Below are positions 11,501 to 19,762 of a DNA stretch of 64,000 nt, in pieces (the first letter of the stretch is position 1; the number at the start of each line of letters is the position of its first letter). Both the position numbers and the translations under genes were made by a program. Under the pieces are notes generated by a model. The model did not search any database and was not told where the DNA came from. It worked only from the letters and a program-made list of their open reading frames with translations. The stretch is from positions 708 through 64,707 of the forward strand of contig JANOAM010000067.1 of assembly GCA_031411215.1 (NCBI GenBank). The letters run 5' to 3'. Source of the DNA: Betaproteobacteria bacterium (GTDB lineage Bacteria > Pseudomonadota > Gammaproteobacteria > Burkholderiales > Burkholderiaceae_C).

Positions 11501-13566
11501 GTGTTCAGGCGCAAGAGGTCAAAACCGCTGCCGATGGCCAGCGACGCACCACGCGGCGCCTGGGCCAATTGGCGCGTGCCGATGGTGACGCCGCCGCGCA
11601 GGATGCCGTCCAGCACCAGGCCCGCACCCGAGCCCACGCGCACGCTGCCGCCGGCCTTGCCTTCGACATAGGCCTCGCGCAGGCTGCTGGTGGAGCCGAC
11701 CTGGGTTTCATAGGTCTGGCCCTGGTTGTCCCACTTCGAGGCCGCGCTGGTGTAGCGGTCCAGCTGCGCCACGTACGGGCGCTGCTGTGGCGCGGTGGTG
11801 ATGTCGTAGATGCGCCCGTCGTCACCCAGCAGGGAGCTGGTCCGCACCGTGCCCGCGCCGTAGCGGTAGCCGCCGCCGGTTGCGTCGATGACCGCCTGGT
11901 TGCGCTGGATCACGGCCCCGGTGGAGCCGATGGACAGTTCACCGCCTGCTGCAGCTTTTTCAAGCACGGTGCGGGCCACCGCGCCGCGGTAGCCGTCCAG
12001 CGCCAGGATGTTGTTGCCTTCGCGCAGGTCCACGGTGACCGTGGCGCCCAGCAGGATGCCGTTCTTCTGGTCCGGTGCGTTCTTCAGCTCGTTGGAAGTG
12101 ACGCGGAAGGTGGCCAGGTTCTTGGCCACGTCCACGTCGGCCCAGGCGCCCGCTACGCTGGTGACGCTGCCGTCGCCCAGGTACACACGTGCGGCCGTGG
12201 GGTCGGCCGCGTTGCTGGCCTCCAGGCCGATGCGCCCGCCTGCCGCCTGCAAGGTGCCCGCGCTGTCGATCACACCGGCCTGGGCGCGGATGATGCCGCG
12301 GTAGGGCGCGTAGTCGGTGCTGTCGGGCAGCGTGGCCGTGTCGGCCGCGTCCGGCATCACTTCGGTCACGCTGCCAGCGGCCAGGCGCAGCGTGCCGGCG
12401 TCGGCGTTGTCCTTGCTGCGGGCCTTCAGGAAGATGGATCCGTTGCGCTGCACCGCCGTGCTGGCGGACACCCGCCCTTCCTGGTTGATGGCCAGCGCAG
12501 CCAGCGTGACGTTGCCGCGCGCGGCGCTCACCTCGCCGGCATTGCGCACCTGATTGGTCAGGTTCAGGTCACTGCCCAGCTTGTGTGCATCCACCTCCAC
12601 CACCAAGCCGCGCAGGGTGATGTCGGCGGCGTCTTCGTTGACCGCCAGGTAGACCTTGCTGCCGGCCGCCAGCACGACCTGGCCGTCGGGCGACGAGATC
12701 TTGCCGCCGTCGTTGTCGATGCGCGAGGCCAGCAGGATCACCGAGCCTTCCGCGCCCGACTGGATGACCGGCGCCGCCGCACCCGCGGGCCCGAAGCTGC
12801 CGATGCCGATGTTGCCCGGCCGCTGGCCGTCGGGCCGCGTCGGCAGGGGGTTGCCCTGGGCGTCGTAGCCGCCCTGGAATGCCGCGCTGAGCAAGCCGCC
12901 CGCCGTCAGCGCCGCGCCGCTCTTGCAACTGGCCAGGTCGCCGCCGCAGAACTGCTGGTTGCTCATCGACAGGTTGAGCGTGGACGCCAGCAGCGACTGC
13001 GTATTCACCTGCGAGCCGCGGTCGAACAGGATGCCGTTCTGGTTGATCAGGATGACCTGGCCGCCTGCGGTGGCCCGACCATTGACGATCGGCCCGACAC
13101 TGCTGAGCCTGCCCTGGATGACCGAGGGGTCGGCATCGTAGATGCGGTTCAGCGTGCTGGCGATCGAGCCCATCTGGTGCTGGAACACGACTTCCGCGTC
13201 GCGGCCGATGTTGAAGCTGCGCCAGTCCAGGATGGCCCGCTGCGAGGCCTGGTCGATGGTCATGCGCGGCACCGCAGCACCGGCCACTGGGGCATTCACC
13301 ACCACCTGGCCGCCCACCACGCCGCGCAGCACGGGCACGGTGGCCACGGGCAAGGTGCCGCCAGCGCCGGACGTCTGTGCCAGCGCCATGGGGGACAGCG
13401 CCAGCGCGCCAAGGCCCGCCATGGCAGCCCAGCCACAACTCATCTCCACGGCGCGTGCCACCACATGGCGTCTCCAGCGGGGCAGCACACGGGCCTTCGC
13501 GGGGCGGAATTGCGGGGTGCGTGGGTGACGGGTCATGGTGCTTCTGCCGGTGGAGGCGCGGTGCAT
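2551..13566 (-). CDS. Giant filamentous-haemagglutinin-family TpsA exoprotein with C-terminal DUF3739-type domain (PdtA-like)
   Basis: 3671 aa (alternative start 13536). Extended signal peptide, TPS secretion domain (AILDWRSFNIG, TLNRI, QVILINQNGILF), long Gly/Ala/Ser/Thr beta-helix repeats, and a C-terminus GGDILIYSAQGSIDAGRGAKT...DAGEAGIRSSGN...SVEVLGFG..C......C. Confidence 0.9.
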   Translation of the reverse strand: MHRASTGRSTMTRHPRTPQFRPAKARVLPRWRRHVVARAVEMSCGWAAMAGLGALALSPMALAQTSGAGGTLPVATVPVLRGVVGGQVVVNAPVAGAAVPRMTIDQASQRAILDWRSFNIGRDAEVVFQHQMGSIASTLNRIYDADPSVIQGRLSSVGPIVNGRATAGGQVILINQNGILFDRGSQVNTQSLLASTLNLSMSNQQFCGGDLASCKSGAALTAGGLLSAAFQGGYDAQGNPLPTRPDGQRPGNIGIGSFGPAGAAAPVIQSGAEGSVILLASRIDNDGGKISSPDGQVVLAAGSKVYLAVNEDAADITLRGLVVEVDAHKLGSDLNLTNQVRNAGEVSAARGNVTLAALAINQEGRVSASTAVQRNGSIFLKARSKDNADAGTLRLAAGSVTEVMPDAADTATLPDSTDYAPYRGIIRAQAGVIDSAGTLQAAGGRIGLEASNAADPTAARVYLGDGSVTSVAGAWADVDVAKNLATFRVTSNELKNAPDQKNGILLGATVTVDLREGNNILALDGYRGAVARTVLEKAAAGGELSIGSTGAVIQRNQAVIDATGGGYRYGAGTVRTSSLLGDDGRIYDITTAPQQRPYVAQLDRYTSAASKWDNQGQTYETQVGSTSSLREAYVEGKAGGSVRVGSGAGLVLDGILRGGVTIGTRQLAQAPRGASLAIGSGFDLLRLNTVDDRIQVVYNDESQRIGHVVWRQQAADSLGSSFKVDSALTTAQRDTILLGADQVFAAAGTAGGLRVEQGFGSVTVNSEGRITVPANVRIQSGLAGSLTLRAPALDIAGDIRLPSGALTLDPISGNVSGVRDLDFVDASLASLSERTIVRTGATLSVAGDWINLSGAADSASTAWWPLGRQLGTAVQSALAGGTLTISPRADLAQIRLERGSVLDVSGGAQLGANRRLSGGRGGTLVINNGLTGQTSSDWLQSDLLGYGLSAGGTLRLGLNDAVIDTPQTVGTLPSSTTRLRTDLFTGRGFASFTINAAQGIELSDNTPLLLRQLNLLVDTAAALQLRSGSALSSVAEPALLPDHLRAPASLTLAAGQTLRVGTGALIRTDPGATVNLTAGSENSAPPAAVSLVIDGQVIAPGGRITATLRGAAQMDAAPLRLGSAALLSTAGTFVATPSDTGLTRGTVYGGGTVTLDAAAAGVETAAGSRIDVSGIEKTVDLPSADGGVDLQVMAGHAGTLIIKSQSHLVLGGSLAANGPGSAAGGSLAVELTRAERQTALPPEQRLVVSATGADQTPGRSGSNSTTSVLDAGLLTSAGFEKLRLLSEDSIEFQGNVNLAFQRGLRLDAPQLRLGSGAQVSLSGATVSLGQSLGAREQVSDTLDATRTIWSRNSAKPLVAPALEAGTGVLRIDGGSVDFYGSMALQGAALTRVHSDSDVRFIGKETNFNTGGSNDASLKYQYGSLRSAGNLEFDATQLYPATRTRFDVQTTGGTSYLLVSSNGQKPTDVYAVAGSLTLKAATIVQGGVVRAPQGEISLQASNYLELSSGSLTSVSGAGLDVLYGTTLSGLQWRYIDGPQSTSVTNPLLLESVSDKGKRLTLSATNVAVQAGATLDMSGGGNVLAVEFVPGNGGDTDIATAADTFAIVPKSQLAGIPYDTYLQLAGLADPGSGFSLSNPRDAALYDSIRIDSGARVPAGDYVLLPTRFALLPDAYLVQLQTGSAFRSLQPGQSTTLANGERVVAGHRSARGTSVVESQSVGVVVLPGTAVSRYSDYTRSGAELLASEAARVDRLLVASPWDAGAMTIRDATSLSLGGEFLTVGASQGVYSGRSSEVDLVGNRVAIVKDVGSQVHPAGTLEISSRSLTALKSSVLVGGTRQRTADGVQITTLASTVTVANDASSPVDLPELLISATQSIDVASGSVLKASGAGATGGTGPVLHTETTGALLRLSNGQQASVDRGTAATTQGDLNVASGASLQASGALLLDATRSTRSAGQLSAGGANGSGGSVSLAASSITLGETASAAPGSLAGLVLSNSDLAAYAQLDNLTLRAYGVIELMGTTTLGGNAAAQLTLDTPSLVSRPVNGSTQAQIHADQVSWLNRSTTQAASSGGSGSLDIQATQITLGAGDKSTQGFGTVTLTALSEVGLEGSGSLRSGGNLNLFTPALQAGAGSNQRVAAVSSSAGGTVTSFGALQLQGLPAGSTALAPSSNQGLGGRVLLQGASVGIDTAVNARSGSISLQAQGGDITLGGRATLDASGSTRDFSGSVAAADGGQVSMSAEGAQVRMTAGSRLDVAAADEGGNAGSWVLRAQGADLQGTVSGNAAAGARTGSADIDLGVINSLAAVNAALDAGGFTEERRIRARSGDMAVRSGESVQARRVALVADTGRIDIEGTVGQNTGAGGGRIELSAATGLRLAAGSRLLAAGADVAARGGDVRAETRGGTLAFEQGAQIDVRAGDAGPAGSVVFGVLRSVSGTTNTVGSNNLRGEVLRYSPSGLLAAAQGSAGDRAASVDLEATRVYSGSAVPASIGSTQLTAWANDHQSFVNSVANSTLAANMHDERGALTGAGVLGATEIQSAGSLSLDANWDLTSTAWRAGGKAGTLTLRAAGDVNLRQTLGAPNLATNGTNQTTNNANANTNHAVLAGETWNIRVAAGADLASANALSTRGTTGGTANNATGSGNLLLNGASAGIRTGTGNIELAAAGDIRIDNVAAAIYTAGRMGAADSAVNGNNRWTVDGGSIRLRAGGSVQGPAGAADLWVTDWLRRYRETPSNFVASNYATDWWVYRPRFQQGVATLGGGDVEVLAGGSVNDLLFAAPTAGRTSTVGSARMVEVTGGGKLSVTAGGDINGASFLIGRGTGSVQAGGDLGRSSAIQTYLMGASSGITPERAELSLSAGGAAFLQSSDNPTYMGLNPGAGAAGPSFHPTNPGSASPSSVATTFFTYAPNSGLSISAEGGDLKVRGSMAAASAWRSVSAPAVTAQNISPDAAFPPRLSLVAFDGAIIGPAEFVNDANIIKTYPSALASVSLLASGDIRGFALEVSDLAPSALVTPTTNYQDARPDAGAGSTFFHTGKVVTTSLKPIRLGRITQRGDAPLFGLVSRSDEAQGLYFDVQAGGDIRTTKNEQWVLPARSRMQAAGSIIDPDLRLQNLDSSDVSEVRAVSGDVIKRNTSGGIEIGGPGQLWLQAGGDVDLGGANVALNGTVVGGLVATGDTRNPLLGSSKSARISVLAGVSGTLDRTLLDSTYARLLEINRFNAEISAVYAQLGVELETAGGRDAILAAAQLSALVARNPAFERLLKPRSGTVTTADQVAYDRAAAEALATYKRVLNSNLLPLASTSLAQATRLLSLLAREDNVQRLSVAVDLASLLQPGSGTVTLGGEVLDSASVSAFKALGDQYPLLFQGAVQRRVNGARLTGVVPLVFDELLRGAVKGFIDQPSSGGGNIYSYRTSVQTLGGSDIDLWAPAGDIVVGLTTPSSGQPVGIVTNQGGAIRSMLSGNFNINQGKVLTAQGGDILIYSAQGSIDAGRGAKTSLSTPTPQRRPILDAAGNQIGVEVVIPASATGSGIQTLTSDPDGLGPVAAPDAGDIYLFAPAGKIDAGEAGIRSSGNILINAQVVLNASDIKAAGASQGVPQVPTGSVAATLAASNQSPSSAAQADDKAAKAAEQASRQAAQASKAPKPTVLSVEVLGFGDKNCKEDDKECFAK

Positions 13567-13577
13567 GGGGGTGGGTT

Positions 13578-15272
13578 CTAAAAACCGACGGAGGCGCTCA
13601 TGTGCAGCCGCAGCCCTTCGCTGCCCACGGTGCCGCGCTTGAGCAGGGGCCAGGCGGCGTCCAGCGACAGGCTCACCGGGTAGCTGCCGGCGGACGAAGC
13701 CTGCAGTCCGAGCCCGGAGCCGAGCAGACGAAAGCGCCTGGCCTGACCGGGCAGCGGGTCGCGCAGTTCAGCGGCGGCGCCGTCGACAAAGGCGCGCACG
13801 TTGAATGAGCTGAGCCACTTCCAGCCCAGCCCGGTGGCCAGGTCGGCGCTGTCCAGCTGCAGCGAGCCGCGCACGCCCAGGTCGCCCACGGCCTCGGCTT
13901 CGTAGTAGCCGCGCACGCTGGCCGTGCCGCCGATGACGTACTGCTCGTTGGAGATGAGCGGGTCCGGCGAAAGCTGGGTGTCGGCCTGGCTGCGTAGGCG
14001 CAACCCGAACCAGGGCAGCGTCTGGGTGTGGCGGAAGTCCAGGCGCGCAAACGCGTAGGTCGCCTTGGCCTTGTAGCGCTTGTCGGCAAACTGCTGCTGC
14101 CGGTTGACCAGCCCGCTCACGCCGCCCGTCAGCGTGGCGCCCAATTGCAGTTCGCTCTTGTCGGCCCGCGACGAACTCGTCCACGACAGCGACCAAGGCA
14201 TGAACTTGATCGGCGTGCCCGACAGTTCAATGTCGCCCAGCATCACCGTGTCCTGCATGTCCTTGTACTCGGCGCCCAGCGTCAGCAGCTGGAAGTTGCT
14301 CTCGGACAGGTTGAGCACATAGCTGCGCCGCAGCCCGAACACCGTGCCTTTGCCAAAGGCCGTGGTGTTGCCCAGGGCCGCAAACACCTGGCTGTCGGAG
14401 CGTGTGAGCGTGACGGCCAGCGACTCCAGCCCCGCCTGACCCATCGGCACCGAATAGGCGAGCGACACCACGTTGACCTCGCTGGCCTTCTCGGGCGAAG
14501 TCACCCACTGCAGGCTCAGGCTGTGGTCGCGCTGGAACAGGTTGTCGTAGCTGACCGATGCCTGCAACCGCGTAGCCGTGGTGTTAGGGCTGGCCGCGTT
14601 GTTCACGGCCAGGTTGGCGTGCACGGGCAGCTTGTCCTCCACGGCGAAGTCCACTTCCGTGGTGCCCGGTTCCAGGCCCGGGCGGAACACCGGCGTCACC
14701 CGGCGGTCACCCGAGCGGTTCACGTCCAGCAACTGGGCCTGGACCGATGGCAGGTGCGGCACCTGTCCAAGCGTCGCGCCTGCGACCCGTTCCAGGATGT
14801 AGCCCTGCGAGAAGTAGCGCGCGCCGGTGACGCGGATGCGCGAGATCCGGCCTTCGGTGACCTGCAGCCGGATGACCCCATCGGCCACCCCTTGCTCGGG
14901 AATGTCCACGGCCGCCAGGCCGTAGCCCGCCAGCCGGTAGGCCGCTTCCAGGGACTTGCGCGCGGCCTCCACGTCCTTCAGGGTGCGGCCCTGACCCAGG
15001 TGCGGGTAGACGGTGCGTTCCACGGTGACCGTGTCCAACACGGTGTTGCCTTGCACCTCGAATTCCAGGATGTCGAAGATTGGTTCGGCTTCGACGGTTG
15101 ATGCGGCTGATGCGGTTGTCGCGGCCCCGGCCGGTGCAGCTGGGACGGTCTGGGACGCAGCCACGCTCAACCAGGCGCACAGCAGGCCCACAGCAGCAGG
15201 ACGCAACGCGCGGACGGGTTTCACAACTCTCAGGACAGGCATGCCAATGGACTTGAAACGACTGGAGAACAA
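13578..15272 (-). CDS. TpsB (ShlB/FhaC/HecB-family) outer-membrane transporter, POTRA domains + Omp85-type barrel
   Basis: POTRA signature FDILEFEVQGNTVL...AYRLAGY...VDIPEQ...IRLQVTEG, conserved VRGY motif (GGTASVRGYYE), terminal Phe. Directly upstream of tpsA. Start uncertain (15272 TTG or 15242 ATG). Confidence 0.92.
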   Translation of the reverse strand: MFSSRFKSIGMPVLRVVKPVRALRPAAVGLLCAWLSVAASQTVPAAPAGAATTASAASTVEAEPIFDILEFEVQGNTVLDTVTVERTVYPHLGQGRTLKDVEAARKSLEAAYRLAGYGLAAVDIPEQGVADGVIRLQVTEGRISRIRVTGARYFSQGYILERVAGATLGQVPHLPSVQAQLLDVNRSGDRRVTPVFRPGLEPGTTEVDFAVEDKLPVHANLAVNNAASPNTTATRLQASVSYDNLFQRDHSLSLQWVTSPEKASEVNVVSLAYSVPMGQAGLESLAVTLTRSDSQVFAALGNTTAFGKGTVFGLRRSYVLNLSESNFQLLTLGAEYKDMQDTVMLGDIELSGTPIKFMPWSLSWTSSSRADKSELQLGATLTGGVSGLVNRQQQFADKRYKAKATYAFARLDFRHTQTLPWFGLRLRSQADTQLSPDPLISNEQYVIGGTASVRGYYEAEAVGDLGVRGSLQLDSADLATGLGWKWLSSFNVRAFVDGAAAELRDPLPGQARRFRLLGSGLGLQASSAGSYPVSLSLDAAWPLLKRGTVGSEGLRLHMSASVGF

Positions 15273-15341
15273 CTCGAAGAGGGGGGTGAGGCGCGGCAGT
15301 GGCCAACGCTCGCGCAGGCCTCGGAGAGGACGCGCCGCGCG

Positions 15342-15364
15342 ATTCTCTGGACCGAAGATGACGG
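15342..15364 (-). promoter_or_regulatory. pho-box-like half-site + -10 for tpsB-tpsA
   Basis: Minus strand CCGTCAT-cttcggtcca-GAGAAT. Confidence 0.4.
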
Positions 15365-15416
15365 CTGTTGCAGGGGCCCTTCCGTTCGGCTCATCGGTCG
15401 GGCCACCGGTCTCCGG

Positions 15417-15450
15417 CTGTCACACGGGATACCAACTCGGCGCGTAAAAG
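15417..15450 (+). promoter_or_regulatory. pho-box-like promoter for the GT41 pair
   Basis: CTGTCAC-acgg-GATACCA-actcggcgcg-TAAAAG. First half-site is perfect; second half-site and -10 are weak. Confidence 0.35.
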
Positions 15451-15517
15451 GCGGGGCCATCGGTGGTCTCCACCTCTTGCAACCAACCGTTCCCGCACAG
15501 GGGCGGCTTGCCGCCTC

Positions 15518-17548
15518 ATGGCCCCCTCGTCCATCGACACCTTCGCCCTGCCCGGCCCGCCACGCGCCGTCGCCATGGCTCGCCAATTGATCACCCAAGG
15601 CGACCCGCGCGCCGCCAGCGTGGTGGCCGAGGCCGCCTTGGCACGGGAGGGCGCCCACGCCGACCTGCATGCGGTGCTGGCCGATGCCCAGGCCGGCCTG
15701 GGCCGTCTGGACCGCGCCGCACGCAACTTGCGCGCCGCCCTGGAACTGGCGCCCGACCGCGCCGGCCTGCACACGTCCCTGGCCCAGTTGCTGCGGTCGC
15801 TGGGCCAGGGCGAAGAGGCCAGCGCACACTTTGAACGGGCCTGCCAGCTGGAGCCCGGCAATGGCCAGGCCCAGTTGCTGTGGCTGCTGCACCGCGGCAA
15901 CCTCTGTGACGAGCAGGGCCGCCCTGAAGAGGCACGCGAACTCTTTGTGCAGGCCGCCACCGAATTCCCGGAGTCGGCGGACGCCTGGGCCATGCTCGGC
16001 GTGATGCATACCGGCCTGGGCGCACCAGACCTGGCCGCCGATGCGCTGGCCCGCGCGCTGCAGATCGATCCTTCCAGGATTCACGTCATGGAGTACTTCG
16101 CCAGTGCGCTGATGAGCCTGAAACGCTTCGAGGAAGCGGCGCTGGTCTACGAACGCATGCTCCAGCTGGAGCCCAGACGGCCCTTGCTGGCCGGCTGGCT
16201 GTTGCACACCAAGTACCTGATGGGCGACTGGTTCAGGCTGGATCGCCTGCAGGGACAAGTGGTAGCTGAACTGGCCGCGGGGCGCCCGGCATCAGAACCA
16301 TTCGGCCTGCAGGGCTGGTGCGCGGACCCGGCCTTTCTGAAGCAGGCGGCGGTGGCACAGGCTGCCCGCAAGCACCCGCCCCGGCCGGGCTACCTGGCGC
16401 CGCCGGTCATCGGCCGCGGCCCGCGCATCCGCGTCGGCTACCTGGCGGGTGAGTTTCGTCAGCAGGCCACCTCGGTCCTGCTGACCGAGGTGCTGGAACT
16501 GCACGACCGGGAACGATTCGAGGTCTTTGCCTTCGACAACGGCTGGGACGACAGCAGCCCGCGAAGGCAGCGCATCAACGCCGCCTGCCAGGTGGTGCCC
16601 ATCCGCGGCATCAGCGACCTGGACGCCGCCCGCCGCGTGCGTGAACAGGGCATCGACATCCTGGTCAACCTCAACGGCTACTTCGGTCTGGCACGCACCA
16701 ATGTGTTTGCGATGCGGCCCGCGCCGCTGCAGGTCAACTATTTGGGCTTCCCGGGCACGATAGGCGCGGACTACATCGACTACCTGGTGGCCGACGCCAC
16801 GGTGATTCCACCGGAGGCCCGTGGGCACTACGTGGAACAGGTCGTCTACCTGCCGGACAGCTACCAGCCCAATGACAGCACCCGGGTCGTGGCCGACGCG
16901 CCTGCCTCACGCGAGGAGGCAGGCCTGCCCGAAGGCGCGTTTGTCTTCTGCTGCCTGAACAACGCCTACAAGATCCTGCCGGCGGTCTACGACGTGTGGA
17001 TGCGCCTGCTGCAACAGGTGCCCCGCAGCGTGCTGCTGCTGTATGGCGACAAGCCGGAGCAGATCGCCAACCTGCACCACGAAGCCCAGCAGCGAGGCGT
17101 GGACCCGCAGCGGGTGCGCTTCGCGCCGCCCCTCGGCCACGCCGAGCACCTGCGCCGGCTGCAGCTGTGCGACCTGTTCCTGGACACCTGGCCCTACAAC
17201 GCACACACCACGGGCAGTGACGCCCTGTGGGCCGGGTTGCCGGTGCTCACCTGCACGGGGCAGAGCTTTCCCAGCCGCGTGGGCGCGAGCCTTTTGCAGG
17301 CCGTGGGGCTGCCTGAACTGGTGACGCATGACATGGCGTCCTACGAAGCGCTGGCCCTGCGGCTGGCCCACGAGCCCGGCTTGCTGGCGGGCCTGCGGGC
17401 GCGCTTGCAGGCGCAGCGGCCCCAGTCGGCGCTGTACGACACCGTGCGCTACACGCGCCACCTGGAAGATGCATTCGGGCAGATGGTGCAGCGCGCCCGC
17501 GACGGCCTGGCGCCCGCTTCATTCGCCGTGCAGCGCCGCCCAGCCTGA
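15518..17548 (+). CDS. TPR + GT41 O-GlcNAc-transferase-like protein (OGT/SEC-like)
   Basis: N-terminal TPRs, then RIRVGYLAGEFRQQATSVL, RPAPLQVNYLGFPGTIG, FCCLNNAYKI, LFLDTWPYNAHTTGSDALWAGLP, FPSRVGASLL. Start ATG 15518 chosen. Confidence 0.88.
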   Translation: MAPSSIDTFALPGPPRAVAMARQLITQGDPRAASVVAEAALAREGAHADLHAVLADAQAGLGRLDRAARNLRAALELAPDRAGLHTSLAQLLRSLGQGEEASAHFERACQLEPGNGQAQLLWLLHRGNLCDEQGRPEEARELFVQAATEFPESADAWAMLGVMHTGLGAPDLAADALARALQIDPSRIHVMEYFASALMSLKRFEEAALVYERMLQLEPRRPLLAGWLLHTKYLMGDWFRLDRLQGQVVAELAAGRPASEPFGLQGWCADPAFLKQAAVAQAARKHPPRPGYLAPPVIGRGPRIRVGYLAGEFRQQATSVLLTEVLELHDRERFEVFAFDNGWDDSSPRRQRINAACQVVPIRGISDLDAARRVREQGIDILVNLNGYFGLARTNVFAMRPAPLQVNYLGFPGTIGADYIDYLVADATVIPPEARGHYVEQVVYLPDSYQPNDSTRVVADAPASREEAGLPEGAFVFCCLNNAYKILPAVYDVWMRLLQQVPRSVLLLYGDKPEQIANLHHEAQQRGVDPQRVRFAPPLGHAEHLRRLQLCDLFLDTWPYNAHTTGSDALWAGLPVLTCTGQSFPSRVGASLLQAVGLPELVTHDMASYEALALRLAHEPGLLAGLRARLQAQRPQSALYDTVRYTRHLEDAFGQMVQRARDGLAPASFAVQRRPA

Positions 17549-17557
17549 CCGCGACGC

Positions 17558-19672
17558 ATGGCCTGGGCCGACCTGCAGCAGGCGGTGGCGCACGCCAGCG
17601 CCGCAGCTGCCCTCGGTGACCTGAGCGCCGCTGCAGCGGCCTACCGCCAGGCCCTGGCGCAGTGGCCCGAGCACCCGGCGCTGCTGTTCAACCTGGGCAC
17701 CACCCTGGCGGACCAGGGTGACGCAGCCGGCGCGGCGGACGCCTTTGCGCGTGTGGTGGTGCGGGCGCCGGCCTTTGCGCCGGGGCACCACAACCTGGGC
17801 AACGCGCTGCGCGATGCGGGCCGCGCAGATCAGGCCACGGCGTCCTACCGCCTGGCCTTGAGCCTGGACCCGGGCCTGGCGGCCAGCCGTATCGCGCTGG
17901 CGCGGGACCTGCTGCAGGCCGGCGATGTCGGCCAGTCGGTGCAGCTGCTGCAAGAGGGTTTGCGGCTGCAACCCCAGCAAGCGGGCCTGTGGACGGAACT
18001 GGGGCGGGCCTGCACGGCGGGCGGAGAAGGTCTGCGCAGCATCGAATGTCACCGGCGAACCCTGGAACTGGCGCCGGACCAGGCCTTTGCCCACCACAAC
18101 CTGTCTGCCGCATTGCATGCCCAAGGCCACACCGACGAAGCGCTGCCAGGCGCTCAGCAGGCCGTGGCGCTCGACCCCGGGCAGGGCGCAGCCTGGGAGA
18201 ACCTGGGCAATGTGCTGGCCCATCAGGGTGACCTGGCGGCGGCACGGCCTGCGCTGGCCCGCGCGGCCGCACTGCTGGGGCGCCCTGGCCGGCCTGAGCC
18301 GGGCATCGCCTTGCGGGCTGCTTTGCTGCTGCCCGCCGTGCCTGAGTCGCGCCGCGCCATCGGGCACAGCCGTGCACAGTTTGCCGAAGCCCTTCGGGAC
18401 CATCGCTCGGGTCCGTGCAGCCTGACAGACCCGATCCAGCAGGTTGGCCTCAGCAGCGCGTTCTACCTGGCCTACCACGGGCTGCCCAACAGGGACTTGA
18501 TGCGGCAGCAGGCGGCCACCTACCGGACGCTGTGCCCCGCGCTGGACTTCACCGCGCGGCATTGCCTGGAGCCCACGGACCCGGTGTCACGCCCCATCCG
18601 GGTGGGCATCGTTTCGCGCTACCTGCGTGACCACACCATCGGCCGTTACCTCATCCGGCTGGTGCAGCACCTGGCGCGCCCCGAGTTCCAGGTCTGCCTG
18701 CTGACCTGGCCGTCCGCGCCCGACCGCCTGTCGGCCGCCTTCAAGGCCGCGGCGGACGAGTTCCTGCTGCTGCCACAGGGTCTGGCAGAAGCGCAGCAGG
18801 TGATCGCTGCTGCGCAACTGGACGTGCTTCTCTTTGCCGACATCGGCATGGAGCCCGCCAGCTACTTCCTGGCCTTTGCGCGCCTGGCGCCCGTGCAATG
18901 TGCCTTCTACGGCCACCCCGACACGACAGGGCTGGACACCATCGACCACTTCCTGAGTTGGGCGCCCGCCGAGACAGCTGCTTCCTCTGACTGGTACCAC
19001 GAGCCCCTGGCCCTGCTGCCGGCCGACTGCACCTATGCCTGCCTGCCGGCACCCGGCCCCTTGCCCGCCGCAGCCACCAAAGAGTCACTGGGGCTTTCGG
19101 GCTGCCAGCGCCTGTACCTGTGCGTGCAGGCGCCCTACAAGGTGCACCCGGACTTTGACGATCTGGTGGCGGGCGTGATGACCGCCGACCCTTCGGCGCG
19201 CGTGGCCCTGGTGGGCCGAGGTCTGCGGGCCTGGAATGCCGCCTTGGATCGTCGCATCAGGGCCCGCCTGGGACCGCTGGCGGGCCGGTTCAGCGTGCTG
19301 CCTGAGCGCAGCTACTCGGACTACCTGGCACTGTTGGGCGCGGCCGATGTGGTGCTGGACACGCCACACTTCTGCGGTGGCGCCACCACGCTGGACGCGA
19401 TGATGATGGGCGCGCCCGTCATCACCTGGCCCGGTGCGGTGTTGCGCAGCCGGCAGACGCTGGCCTTGAGCCTGCGTATGGGCGTGACCGACGGTGTGGC
19501 ACTGGACGCACAGGACTATGTGCAACGCGCAGTGCTGCTGGCCGGAGACGCTGCGCGGCGCGCCGACGTGTCCCACCGCATGAACCAGGCGCAGGACCAG
19601 CTCTTTGAAGACCTGGGCATGGTGCGTGCCTTTGAAGGTCTGCTGCGCCGCTGGACCTCAGGCCGGGCGTGA
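17558..19672 (+). CDS. TPR + GT41 glycosyltransferase (HMW1C/NGT-leaning motifs)
   Basis: TPRs (HHNLGNAL, WENLGNVL), then RIRVGIVSRYLRDHTIGR, DIGMEP, RLAPVQCAFYGHPDTTG, QAPYKVHPDFD, LDTPHFCGGATT. Confidence 0.85.
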   Translation: MAWADLQQAVAHASAAAALGDLSAAAAAYRQALAQWPEHPALLFNLGTTLADQGDAAGAADAFARVVVRAPAFAPGHHNLGNALRDAGRADQATASYRLALSLDPGLAASRIALARDLLQAGDVGQSVQLLQEGLRLQPQQAGLWTELGRACTAGGEGLRSIECHRRTLELAPDQAFAHHNLSAALHAQGHTDEALPGAQQAVALDPGQGAAWENLGNVLAHQGDLAAARPALARAAALLGRPGRPEPGIALRAALLLPAVPESRRAIGHSRAQFAEALRDHRSGPCSLTDPIQQVGLSSAFYLAYHGLPNRDLMRQQAATYRTLCPALDFTARHCLEPTDPVSRPIRVGIVSRYLRDHTIGRYLIRLVQHLARPEFQVCLLTWPSAPDRLSAAFKAAADEFLLLPQGLAEAQQVIAAAQLDVLLFADIGMEPASYFLAFARLAPVQCAFYGHPDTTGLDTIDHFLSWAPAETAASSDWYHEPLALLPADCTYACLPAPGPLPAAATKESLGLSGCQRLYLCVQAPYKVHPDFDDLVAGVMTADPSARVALVGRGLRAWNAALDRRIRARLGPLAGRFSVLPERSYSDYLALLGAADVVLDTPHFCGGATTLDAMMMGAPVITWPGAVLRSRQTLALSLRMGVTDGVALDAQDYVQRAVLLAGDAARRADVSHRMNQAQDQLFEDLGMVRAFEGLLRRWTSGRA

Positions 19673-19677
19673 GGGCA

Positions 19678-19715
19678 AGAAGAAGGGCCGCGCCCTTTTT
19701 GGAGACGCGGCCCTT
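19678..19715 (-). terminator. Rho-independent terminator between convergent genes
   Basis: 10-bp stem AAGGGCCGCG (19683-19692) / CGCGGCCCTT (19706-19715), followed on the minus strand by CTTCTT. A second hairpin GAGCCGGC/GCCGGCTC lies at 19728-19748. Confidence 0.65.
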
Positions 19716-19762
19716 GGTCTGGACTGAGAGCCGGCACCGCGCCGGCTCGTGCGCTGGTTGGC

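Noticed and set aside
5758-13581. Long overlapping ORFs (e.g. 10747-13581 +, 6059-8977 -, 8455-9999 +)
   Set aside because: Shadow frames of the high-GC tpsA gene: Arg/Gly/Ala-rich or antisense-like, with no recognisable motifs.
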